DNA from: a virus
Lineage: Duplodnaviria; Caudoviricetes
DNA length: 40,423 nucleotides
Direction: 5' to 3' (one strand)
IMG/VR virus record: IMGVR_UViG_3300009852_000007
Span: 1 to 40,423 of that record
Each line of letters begins with the position of its first letter. Position 1 is the first letter of the stretch. The notes below the pieces were generated by a model. The model made no database searches and was not told the DNA's origin. It worked only from the letters and a program-made list of their open reading frames with translations. The translations under genes were made by a program, and so were the position numbers. Positions 26,826-34,428 of this stretch are shown here, one piece after another.

Positions 26826-28411
26826 GCAGCCTCCATTGCTTGTCGAATTGCTTCACTGTCGATAGTGGCTTTGAAGTCGTTCAATTTGTCCATCCACACA
26901 TCTACTGTCTTAAGAATTGTGGGGATGTGAATGGCAGTCTCTCGGGTCTGTCCAATGCGGTCTAAGCGTGCCCACGATTGTTTGTTCCGGCCTGGACTCC
27001 AGTCCTTGTCCAGAACGATTGCTTGCGTGGCACCTATGAGGTTGAGACCTTCACCCGCTGATCTGTAGTTGCAGAGCACGACGTTCCACAGGGGGTGAGA
27101 AGCATCAGGGTCCTTGAAGTCGTCTCTGATGGCTTCTCGCAGACTTTGAGGGGTGTCCCCGTCATAGACCACTGCGGTTGACCCTAAGCGTCTCTGAAGC
27201 TCTCTCAGAGGCTCTTTGAAGTGACTGAAGACAACTATCCTCTGTCCAGCATCTAGGAACTCCCCAGCAAGGTTCGTAACGAGATCCAGCTTGAAGGACT
27301 TGCGGATAGTCACTCCATCAATGCCAGCGGGCCATACAAGGATCTGACGCAAGCGGAGGAGCTGAACCACAGCTTCCGTGATGCCAACGGTGCCAGATTC
27401 CATGTCCAGTTTGAACTGATTCTCTACACGCTTATAGAGATTCCACTGTTCGGCGTAGTTCTGTTTGTCGAACTCATACTCCCGAGTAATAACTGACTGT
27501 GGAGGAAGAATGATGCCAGCGTCTTTTCTGGTTCGTGCTAGGTAGTAAGGCGCTGTGCGGCGAACAAGTCGCTTCTTTCCGTTTTCAGTCCAGACGTGCT
27601 TTCCTTGAGAGTTAACGTAGCAATGCTCTTTAAGGAAGTAGTTCTTGCTCGTGAGGGTTGGATTCCAAAGACTCTCTAACCAGAACCACTCAATAGGGTT
27701 GTTCTGAACCGGCGTGCCAGTGATTTCGAGAAGGTGCTGAACGCTGCGTGCTTTATCTGGATTGGAAGTGGGGTCACAATAGCAGCTTGGACAGCGAGGG
27801 ATCTTGATCTTCGCTGCAACTTGCCCGCACTTAAAACACCAGCGATTTGAAAATCTCTCGCCCTGTTCAGAACAGTTCTTCCGGTTGCAGGTGTAGAGCG
27901 GTTCTATGAGATGTCCACAGCGAGGGCACTTATTAATGGCGTAGGCCAACTCCCGCAAACCTTTGTACGAGAGCGTCTTGCCATTGTTGATATTGTGAGC
28001 TTCATCGATAACTACAGAATCAAATTGAAGCTTCACAAGATTCGTGATGATGCTGGTGTCTGCCCTCCACCCCTCTAGGTTCAAAAGGCAAATGAAGCTA
28101 TCAAAGTTAGAAATCAAATCAAAGACGGTCTGACGGTCTTCTTTCTTGTGACCGCGTAAATCAATGACCGGTCTATCATCAATCCACTTAGGGATCTCAG
28201 CTTTCAGATTGGACGTGATTTCGTAAGGGGCAGTCAGGAAGGTTCTCTTAGCTCCGATCAACTTCAGCCAAGTGAAGGTAGTACCTCCCTTGCCTAAACC
28301 CATCTCGTCAGCTAGGAGTCCCTTTCCCGACTTAGCGAAATGTTCTGCCCCTTGGATCTGGTGAGGTAAGGGTTCTAACAATGGCTCTCTTATACGTAAG
28401 GGATGTTCCAA
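26822..28411 (-). CDS. SNF2-like (SF2) helicase with Zn-ribbon insertion
   Basis: 'LADEMGLGK', 'DEAH', 'TGTPVQN', 'GEGLNL', 'Q...RLDRIGQ'. Confidence 0.88.
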   Translation of the reverse strand: MEHPLRIREPLLEPLPHQIQGAEHFAKSGKGLLADEMGLGKGGTTFTWLKLIGAKRTFLTAPYEITSNLKAEIPKWIDDRPVIDLRGHKKEDRQTVFDLISNFDSFICLLNLEGWRADTSIITNLVKLQFDSVVIDEAHNINNGKTLSYKGLRELAYAINKCPRCGHLIEPLYTCNRKNCSEQGERFSNRWCFKCGQVAAKIKIPRCPSCYCDPTSNPDKARSVQHLLEITGTPVQNNPIEWFWLESLWNPTLTSKNYFLKEHCYVNSQGKHVWTENGKKRLVRRTAPYYLARTRKDAGIILPPQSVITREYEFDKQNYAEQWNLYKRVENQFKLDMESGTVGITEAVVQLLRLRQILVWPAGIDGVTIRKSFKLDLVTNLAGEFLDAGQRIVVFSHFKEPLRELQRRLGSTAVVYDGDTPQSLREAIRDDFKDPDASHPLWNVVLCNYRSAGEGLNLIGATQAIVLDKDWSPGRNKQSWARLDRIGQTRETAIHIPTILKTVDVWMDKLNDFKATIDSEAIRQAMEAA

Positions 28412-28581
28412 TCCAGAGGACCGAACACCGCTTCCAGGGTCCGCTTCATTTCATTGCTCGGGTTCGCTACATAAACGAAGCTGGACTTACAGGTAATTTG
28501 GGCGAGTGCCCATTCTTCTTCAGCGGTAGTTGTATCGTTCATGGTGCGTACTTTGTTGATTAGTTCAATTGTTAGTTCCAT
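28390..28581 (-). CDS. Hypothetical protein immediately 3' of tRNA-Leu
   Basis: 63-aa ORF filling the gap; no SD sequence. Confidence 0.5.
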   Translation of the reverse strand: MELTIELINKVRTMNDTTTAEEEWALAQITCKSSFVYVANPSNEMKRTLEAVFGPLDWNIPYV

Positions 28582-28582
28582 G

Positions 28583-28655
28583 TGCGCACGGTGGGATTCG
28601 AACCCACACTTTGCAGATTTTAAGTCTGCCGTCTCTGCCGTTGGACTACGTGCGC
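28583..28655 (-). tRNA. tRNA-Leu(UAA), short variable loop, CCA not encoded
   Basis: Cloverleaf: GCGCACG/CGTGCGC acceptor, D arm, GCAGA-CTTAAAA-TCTGC anticodon arm, GTGGG-TTCGAAT-CCCAC T arm, discriminator A. Confidence 0.93.
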
Positions 28656-28726
28656 TGGTTCTGCGCTACCGGCTTGTCCTGACACCACCAAGAAGGACAA
28701 GGAAGGAACCCAGTAGCGCAGAAGAT

Positions 28727-29080
28727 CTAGACGGAGCTAAGGCCACCGTTGATGAGGTTGGCATCCTTGAGGATGTCGTAGAGGTGGTCGATAAACCCCT
28801 TCGTGTCCTTCAGGCCGGTGAAGTTCTTTTCCCGGATGAGCTTGATAGCAGCGACCTTCCGGTTGCCACTGAGGAGCTGAACGACCTTGCTGAAGTCAGC
28901 GTCCGTAAGCTCGACAGTGAGACCCCCGAACGTGAAGGGCTTTGCGATGTCCATGACCCTGATGTAGCCCTTGCGGTTGGCGAAGTGAAGGATGTCCTTC
29001 GTGCTCTCAACATCCACAAAGGCGTACGGGTTCTCGGCCATGTACTCGTCAACAATGCGACGGTAGGCGCTTCGCGACAT
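28727..29080 (-). CDS. Ribosomal protein bL12 (L7/L12) C-terminal-domain-like protein
   Basis: 'KVAAIKLIRE..FTGLKDTKGFID' resembles KI.VIK.VR..TGLGLKEAK..VE; GAGGAG RBS. Confidence 0.7.
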   Translation of the reverse strand: MSRSAYRRIVDEYMAENPYAFVDVESTKDILHFANRKGYIRVMDIAKPFTFGGLTVELTDADFSKVVQLLSGNRKVAAIKLIREKNFTGLKDTKGFIDHLYDILKDANLINGGLSSV

Positions 29081-29104
29081 TTTTTCTCCTCTCGATTTTT
29101 TTCG

Positions 29105-29144
29105 TGGGAGCACCGGAATCGAACCGGCATTAACCATTACTCCC
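29105..29144 (-). ncRNA. 40-nt tRNA-like minihelix (acceptor plus T arm only)
   Basis: GGGAGT-AATGGTTAAT-GCCGG-TTCGATT-CCGGT-GCTCCC-A. Confidence 0.6.
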
Positions 29145-29249
29145 TTGAGGGGTGGAATGCTGGTACATCATAACGTGGGGCCAAGAGGAAATCCCCACTC
29201 TGCAACCATGGAGGTACATGGGAACCTCTTTAACATTCCACCCTTTGGC

Positions 29250-29630
29250 TTAGAGGTGCTTATCGATGTAGTCCGCGATGGTGGCGAAGTCGGCACCTTC
29301 GTCGTTCATCTCAGCGAGATCTTGTGCTCGGTGAATGTCGAGCCCTGACCAGTCGAGAACAGTGACGGGAGGAAGACCAAAAGCAAGGTCTTCGTCTCCG
29401 CCTTCGTAACCATACTCAGTGCTGACTAGGTCGCAGGTTTCGACTTCGCAGGAGTGAGGAATGGAGTTCTCTTTCACGACTCCGACGGTAGCTGCGATCT
29501 CGCACAGCACTCCCAGGCAGCAGTGCTTGAGCTTACCTCCCGCGTGCTCGGACTTGAGAAGTCCGGTTCGCTGCGTGTACTTGCCGGACTTGAGAGCCTG
29601 AATCCACAGACTCTTAATCGCAGGATCCAT
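29250..29630 (-). CDS. Hypothetical protein, paralog 2 (ALxSGxYxQ/CCLGVLCE family)
   Basis: Clear similarity to 29630-29989; TAATG coupling. Confidence 0.75.
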   Translation of the reverse strand: MDPAIKSLWIQALKSGKYTQRTGLLKSEHAGGKLKHCCLGVLCEIAATVGVVKENSIPHSCEVETCDLVSTEYGYEGGDEDLAFGLPPVTVLDWSGLDIHRAQDLAEMNDEGADFATIADYIDKHL

Positions 29631-29989
29631 TACAGGTTCTCCTCTATATACTCTGCGATCTGCTCAAACGTCATGCGACGTGAGTCGTTCATAGAACCAA
29701 GCTCGGTGATCTGCGTGAGCGTAAGTCCAGCCCAGTTACGAACCTTTGGAGTAGGCCAGTTAGAATCGGAGTATCCTTCACTGTCCTTGTAGTAGCAGGT
29801 CGTGTTGTCGAATTCGTACCAGTTCGTTGATTCGACAACTCCAACTGCGAGAGCAAGCTCGCAGAGAACACCCAAGCAGCAGTACTGAGCGTTGTTGTCG
29901 GAATCTCTCTTCTTAAGGAAGTCACGACCTTGCGTGTACTTTCCTGACCTGAGAGCCTGAATCCAGAGTTTCTTAACCGAAGCGTCCAT
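29630..29989 (-). CDS. Hypothetical protein, paralog 1
   Basis: LWIQALRSGKYTQ...CCLGVLCE...MND...F..IA.YI. Confidence 0.75.
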   Translation of the reverse strand: MDASVKKLWIQALRSGKYTQGRDFLKKRDSDNNAQYCCLGVLCELALAVGVVESTNWYEFDNTTCYYKDSEGYSDSNWPTPKVRNWAGLTLTQITELGSMNDSRRMTFEQIAEYIEENL

Positions 29990-30012
29990 TGCGCCCCTTT
30001 CAAACTAGAGAG

Positions 30013-30070
30013 CGCCACCGGGGGGAGTTGAACCCCCACACGAAGGCTCTACCAATTAAGCTACGGTGGC
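30013..30070 (-). ncRNA. 58-nt tRNA-like RNA lacking the anticodon arm
   Basis: GCCACCG-TA-GCTT-AATTGGTA-GAGC-CTTCGTGT-GGGGG-TTCAACT-CCCCC-CGGTGGC-G. Confidence 0.75.
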
Positions 30071-30212
30071 TGACCACCCCCATTGTTTGCCGCCAATGGG
30101 GGACCTCGCTGTGAACCATGCAGCGAGGGGAAGGCAAGGTTTGTTTCATGGAGGGTGGGAGAAGTTACACCCCGTTCTAGGCTCTCCCTAGACACCATTC
30201 CCTTGCCGTGGA

Positions 30213-30452
30213 TTAGTAGACAACCTGAGGAGAGGTGTCATAAATCCTGTTAGAGGGAAGAACTTCGTAGGTGGCTCGAACTTTCTGAAGTCGAATTTCG
30301 CCACCGTATCTTTCTGCGAACTTCTTAACTTTCACGTAGGGAACTCCCCGCGTGAAAACTACTTTGATTTCCCCATCAATAGCGACCGCTAAGACTTCGA
30401 GTTCTTCAGAAGCGAGAGTTGCAGTTACACCCAACGGAAGGGACTGATCCAT
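30213..30452 (-). CDS. Hypothetical protein
   Basis: 79-aa ORF with RBS after terminator. Confidence 0.55.
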   Translation of the reverse strand: MDQSLPLGVTATLASEELEVLAVAIDGEIKVVFTRGVPYVKVKKFAERYGGEIRLQKVRATYEVLPSNRIYDTSPQVVY

Positions 30453-30469
30453 TAGCTTCCCCTAACAAT

Positions 30470-30505
30470 AAAAAACCCCGTCTCCTTAGCGAAGGAAACG
30501 GGGTT
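30470..30505 (-). terminator. Intrinsic terminator
   Basis: AACCCCGT..CCTT/AAGG..ACGGGGTT stem plus T-run on minus strand. Confidence 0.8.
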
Positions 30506-30518
30506 GAAGTTTTGAGGA

Positions 30519-31238
30519 TTACTCCTCAGAGTCTCCGTTGTCGTAGGGCTCGATGGTGACCTCGCACTCACCGACCTTGAAGGTGTGCGTGTCCTTGATG
30601 TCCTGCCACTGCTCGACACCAGCGGTCTTGAACCACACCTCGTAGATGTCCTTGGTCTTGAGCTTCGACCAGATCGCGAGAGACGAGATGCGCTCATCGG
30701 ACTTCACCTGACCGTCCGCCCGCTTAATCGTGACCTTGGAAACCTTCGGGCGGGGACCACCGTCGCCGAGAGCAGTGCGGCCGGTCGTGTTGCCGAAGTT
30801 CCGGAGGTTCGGAATGCGGATCTGCTCCAGAGCCTCCTTAACGCCGTCCGTGTTCGGCATCATCTCGGAGAAGTCGTGAAGCATGCCCCAAGCCTTCCGC
30901 GCCCGGGTAGCCTGCTGACCGTACTCATTGCGCAGAGCCTCAAGCTCATCAGAGCTGAGAGTCTTGTACCGGCTGAGCAGGAACTTGTGGGCATCCTCGC
31001 GAGCCACGCGAAGCTGCTCTTCGATCCGCTCGATAGCCTTGCGGAACTCGACAACCTGAGGTTCTTCGGACTCAGCCAGTTCCTTGTCCAGCTCCGAAAC
31101 CGGAGGGGGAGAAGCCTTCTTCACGCGCTCCTGAAGCTCAGCAAGAGGAGCAAGCTCCTTCTCCAGAAGAGCGAACATGTCACGAACCGTCTGGTTCTTG
31201 TGCTTCTTCAGGAAGTCCTGAGGAGTGGTCTCGGTCAT
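30519..31238 (-). CDS. Coiled-coil early protein, probably highly expressed
   Basis: GC3-rich host-like codons; own promoter and terminator; GGGAG RBS. Confidence 0.75.
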   Translation of the reverse strand: MTETTPQDFLKKHKNQTVRDMFALLEKELAPLAELQERVKKASPPPVSELDKELAESEEPQVVEFRKAIERIEEQLRVAREDAHKFLLSRYKTLSSDELEALRNEYGQQATRARKAWGMLHDFSEMMPNTDGVKEALEQIRIPNLRNFGNTTGRTALGDGGPRPKVSKVTIKRADGQVKSDERISSLAIWSKLKTKDIYEVWFKTAGVEQWQDIKDTHTFKVGECEVTIEPYDNGDSEE

Positions 31239-31269
31239 GGCTACGATCTCCCGTTCGGTTGTTGACTAG

Positions 31270-31452
31270 CTATGATCTAACCCTACTAGTTAGACTAGCG
31301 CTAGTCAACGTAAGACGCTCGTTAAGTTCCTGAACCTCTCTGAGGGAGAGCTGTTCGAGGTTGACTTGCTCCTGAAGTTCGTACGGGTTCTGGTTCTTGA
31401 ACTTCCAGAGTCGGCGGATGCGCTTCGTGAGGGTGTGAATTTTGGTGAACAC
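31270..31452 (-). CDS. 60-aa hypothetical protein
   Basis: GTG start with GGGAG RBS; biased codons. Confidence 0.45.
   Translation of the reverse strand: MFTKIHTLTKRIRRLWKFKNQNPYELQEQVNLEQLSLREVQELNERLTLTSASLTSRVRS
31280..31308 (-). promoter_or_regulatory. SigA/HrdB-type leftward promoter
   Basis: TTGACT-17 bp-TAGGGT. Confidence 0.7.
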
Positions 31453-31492
31453 GAACTCTCCCAACGCCCTCCACCCCCGATGCGGTGGGAGC

Positions 31493-31691
31493 AGAGGGCA
31501 CACAGAGGGCACATGAGCCAGTGAGCGTCTTCGCAGGTCAGTGCAGTTTGCCCACTTTTACATGTGAATTTCCATTTGCGCAGCTAAGCGCCTAGATGAC
31601 CCTGATGAGCTTCTTCATTGCCTGTATCCTCCCTACCTTTAGGTTTGTACCCTGGCAGGGGGTGGAGGGCACAGAGAGGGCACATCAGCCA
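31493..31691. other. Putative attP
   Basis: Gap 3' of integrase with two pairs of direct repeats GAGGGCACA (31494, 31505; 31665, 31676) flanking an AT-rich core near 31551-31578. Confidence 0.65.
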
Positions 31692-32878
31692 TCAATGGCT
31701 CTCCGAAGGGCTTCAGGGTCGGACGGTATGAAATGACAGTACGTGTCGAAAGTGAAGGACGTTCGTTTATGTCCTAGCCACTCTGCCAACGTACGAATGT
31801 CCACGTTGTGATTCAGTACACGCGACGCGAACGTATGCCTGAGTCTGTGGAACGAGTCTTGCCTAGGAAGTCTTTCGATCCCTAGCTTGTCGTGCACTCT
31901 TTCCCAGTGATTGAGAAGAGTTTCGTACGCCCATGGCTTTCCGTAGGTCACAGCGTAGATGCGAACCTTGCGGGGTTTACCGTTCGGCGTTTTCCATGGA
32001 AGCTCCACCGTCTGAGACGGAAGACCTAACAGGAAATTTTTAACGGATGGTGCCAGCGGAACCACCCTAGTTTTCTGACCCTTCGGCAGATCGAATACAT
32101 GGCACTTGAACGTGCGGCTGTACCGAACTTGCCGTTGGATATGAATGACATCGCCGTCTATGTCATCGGGACTGAGACCTCGAATCTCCCCGATGCGTAA
32201 ACCGATACCCGCGCCCGCACGTGGAACGATCCTCAGCGGAGCGGGAAGGTACTCTTCGATAGCCTCTAGCTGTTCCCGTGTGTACGGGATGACCTTCTTA
32301 TCAGGAATACGCGGGAGCTTGATGATTGGGTGTACAGGACGGAGAGGGTTTGCCGGAACCCAGTCTTTGAATCTCGCGTACTCAAGAATCGAAGCCAGAT
32401 AACCCGCGATGATGCGGACTGTTCGAGATGCCAGCTTCGAACTAAGGTCTTTGAGCCAGAGTTGTATGAGATTGGGATCTAGCGCTACATCAGCAGCGAG
32501 CCGGTTCCCAAGCCCATCACACATGATGTGGTTACGAATCCGACTGGAAGCTGTGATGTATGTAGAGTCCTCGAAGTTCTGAAGTCGAAGCCACTCTTCA
32601 CTGACATCACGAATCGTCAGTGTGAGTTTGGGGTCGGGGGGTGGGATGCGTAATGACTCCGCGAAGGCGTCAGCATGGACTTCAGGGTCCTTACCCACCT
32701 TGTACTGAAAGTTCCGTCTCGGCTGATGCCGCTTACCGTTCTCCCAGTACTCCCAGCGAACTTGCCAGCGTTTACCTTTCCCATGTGCGGCGGTCGGGAC
32801 TAAGTTGTGTTCCCTACACCTAGGTGCCCCTGGAGCTGGGTTTGACTTGTGCCAGCGGTCAGTCACATTGACTGCCAT
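31685..32878 (-). CDS. int: Tyrosine integrase
   Basis: 'GLRIGEIRGL', K, 'HRLRHTFAS', 'LGH', 'TY.H' catalytic set. Confidence 0.93.
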   Translation of the reverse strand: MAVNVTDRWHKSNPAPGAPRCREHNLVPTAAHGKGKRWQVRWEYWENGKRHQPRRNFQYKVGKDPEVHADAFAESLRIPPPDPKLTLTIRDVSEEWLRLQNFEDSTYITASSRIRNHIMCDGLGNRLAADVALDPNLIQLWLKDLSSKLASRTVRIIAGYLASILEYARFKDWVPANPLRPVHPIIKLPRIPDKKVIPYTREQLEAIEEYLPAPLRIVPRAGAGIGLRIGEIRGLSPDDIDGDVIHIQRQVRYSRTFKCHVFDLPKGQKTRVVPLAPSVKNFLLGLPSQTVELPWKTPNGKPRKVRIYAVTYGKPWAYETLLNHWERVHDKLGIERLPRQDSFHRLRHTFASRVLNHNVDIRTLAEWLGHKRTSFTFDTYCHFIPSDPEALRRAIDG

Positions 32879-32949
32879 TGCACCACCTCTTGATAGGGAG
32901 AGTGAAAGGCGTCCAACGGCCGGTACCCCCCTGAGTACCGGCCGTGCTC

Positions 32950-33168
32950 CTACTTCGCTGACTCTAGTTCTTCATCGATTTTGGCTTGCTCATTGAGGTG
33001 CTGTTCGAGATCCTTCTCTGACTGTTCGATCAGACAGTCTCGAAGCCCCTGGTCTATACGAGTGTCCGTTAGTACCAGTGGCCTTTTGCGCCTTGCAACC
33101 CAGACACCTCCCGGTGTCCTGGAGATGTCCCACGTGGGGTACTTCTCCTGAAGACTCTTCAGAGTCAT
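32950..33168 (-). CDS. Hypothetical protein
   Basis: 'YPTWDISRTPGGVWVARR'; RBS. Confidence 0.6.
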   Translation of the reverse strand: MTLKSLQEKYPTWDISRTPGGVWVARRKRPLVLTDTRIDQGLRDCLIEQSEKDLEQHLNEQAKIDEELESAK

Positions 33169-33206
33169 GGACGGCCCTTCACCCTCTTTGTTAGACCGTC
33201 TGGCGA

Positions 33207-33365
33207 CTACATTCGCCAGAGGGTTTCGAGTTCTTGTATCTGCGACTTGCGAGCGATTCGTAGGTGTTGCTCTACATGGGCGATAGCTTCAAGTTCCGTC
33301 ATAGCAGGTAAGCCCCTGCATTCAGGTTCATCACACTCGAAACGTATCACTTCACGAATAGCCAT
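33207..33365 (-). CDS. 52-aa C2H2-like microprotein
   Basis: F.CDEPEC...AH..QH; AGGT RBS. Confidence 0.45.
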   Translation of the reverse strand: MAIREVIRFECDEPECRGLPAMTELEAIAHVEQHLRIARKSQIQELETLWRM

Positions 33366-33378
33366 GAACTACCTAACG

Positions 33379-33786
33379 CTAGAGATGCTGCCCCGTAATT
33401 AGACGCCGTGTGAGTTGCCTCCCATTGTCCATAACTATGACGTTCCGAAAGTCGAGCGGATCGGAACGTACGATAGCGACTCTTTGGGTCAGTGGGGTAG
33501 GTCCTAAGACCTCAATCTTTGCGGATGCCAATATGACACCCACATAAAACCCCTTTTTTGCGTTGTGCCTAATGCGAACTTCAGGGTTTCGCGCACGGGA
33601 AGCGTTGAACCATCCCATGATCGTACCATCTTCTGACAGTAGAGCCCATGAAGTTCCATCCGGCCTAGATGGGACTAAGCGCCCGTTTAGATCGAAAAGT
33701 GCCCTGAACGGTGCCAGTCCTTTGGATGCACGTAGCTGTTCCTCAAACACCTTACGGAGAATTGGAACGTTGCAGATTGCCTCCAT
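33379..33786 (-). CDS. Hypothetical protein
   Basis: 135-aa ORF in leftward unit. Confidence 0.55.
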   Translation of the reverse strand: MEAICNVPILRKVFEEQLRASKGLAPFRALFDLNGRLVPSRPDGTSWALLSEDGTIMGWFNASRARNPEVRIRHNAKKGFYVGVILASAKIEVLGPTPLTQRVAIVRSDPLDFRNVIVMDNGRQLTRRLITGQHL

Positions 33787-34238
33787 ACTTAAGGCTTCCC
33801 GCTCCCTCTGACTTCAGCCATGCCCTTTGCATGACCGTCCGGTAGGTCGCCGTACGTTGTCTTACGAGGGAACGGGTTGCCCAGTGACCCTAGTGAGATG
33901 TGATCTCATGAAGTACCTAAGTACCTAGGGTCTGAGGGCCAAACTTTGCGGCCCCCAATATTGAGGTCTAACAAAGTTTCCTTCATCCACTGTTGAGTTC
34001 TCAATTTACTAGCAGATGTCACGTCGCTTGACTCCCTGGTGTTGGGGTCTTGCTCTGTGCTGCTGTGTCTTCGACTCTACACGCCCGCCTTGATCAAGCA
34101 AGGTTCTTTCGATAACGGTCAGATAACACCTAGTCTGTCTCTTGATCACCGACTAGGGCTAGGCTAAGCCCAAGCCTTAGATAAGGTCTAGTCCAACTGT
34201 GAGGAGAAGTTACGGAGTGTGACATGACCCAATTGCCC

Positions 34239-34289
34239 CTGTACGGCCCTGAGAGCGATTCTGACGGCTTCTACCCCCCTCCCGGGTAC
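34239..34289. repeat. ~50-bp dispersed repeat, copy 2
   Basis: Inverted homolog of 15695-15745. Confidence 0.75.
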
Positions 34290-34428
34290 TAGGAGACCAG
34301 CGGAGCGAGAAACAGGCATCCGACTCTCTGACCTGCACAAACAGACTGATTTGAGTCTAAGCCCGTCGGTTGGACTACGCGGAGTCTGTAGCACTACGTA
34401 AAGTTCCACAGAGGAAGGGGACTAGCTG

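Noticed and set aside
26822..28411. Intein or intron in helicase, PolA or TerL
   Set aside because: No splice-junction motifs, homing-endonuclease motifs or size excess
30585..31265. 226-aa plus-strand ORF (likewise 28541-29173 and 20546-21091)
   Set aside because: Antisense shadows of well-supported minus-strand genes
31551..31578. attP core as a tRNA 3' end or dif site
   Set aside because: No T-arm/CCA or XerCD-box resemblance; attB cannot be identified without a host search
34188..34409. 73-aa minus-strand ORF as a candidate repressor
   Set aside because: No HTH pattern; overlaps the dispersed repeat and control region
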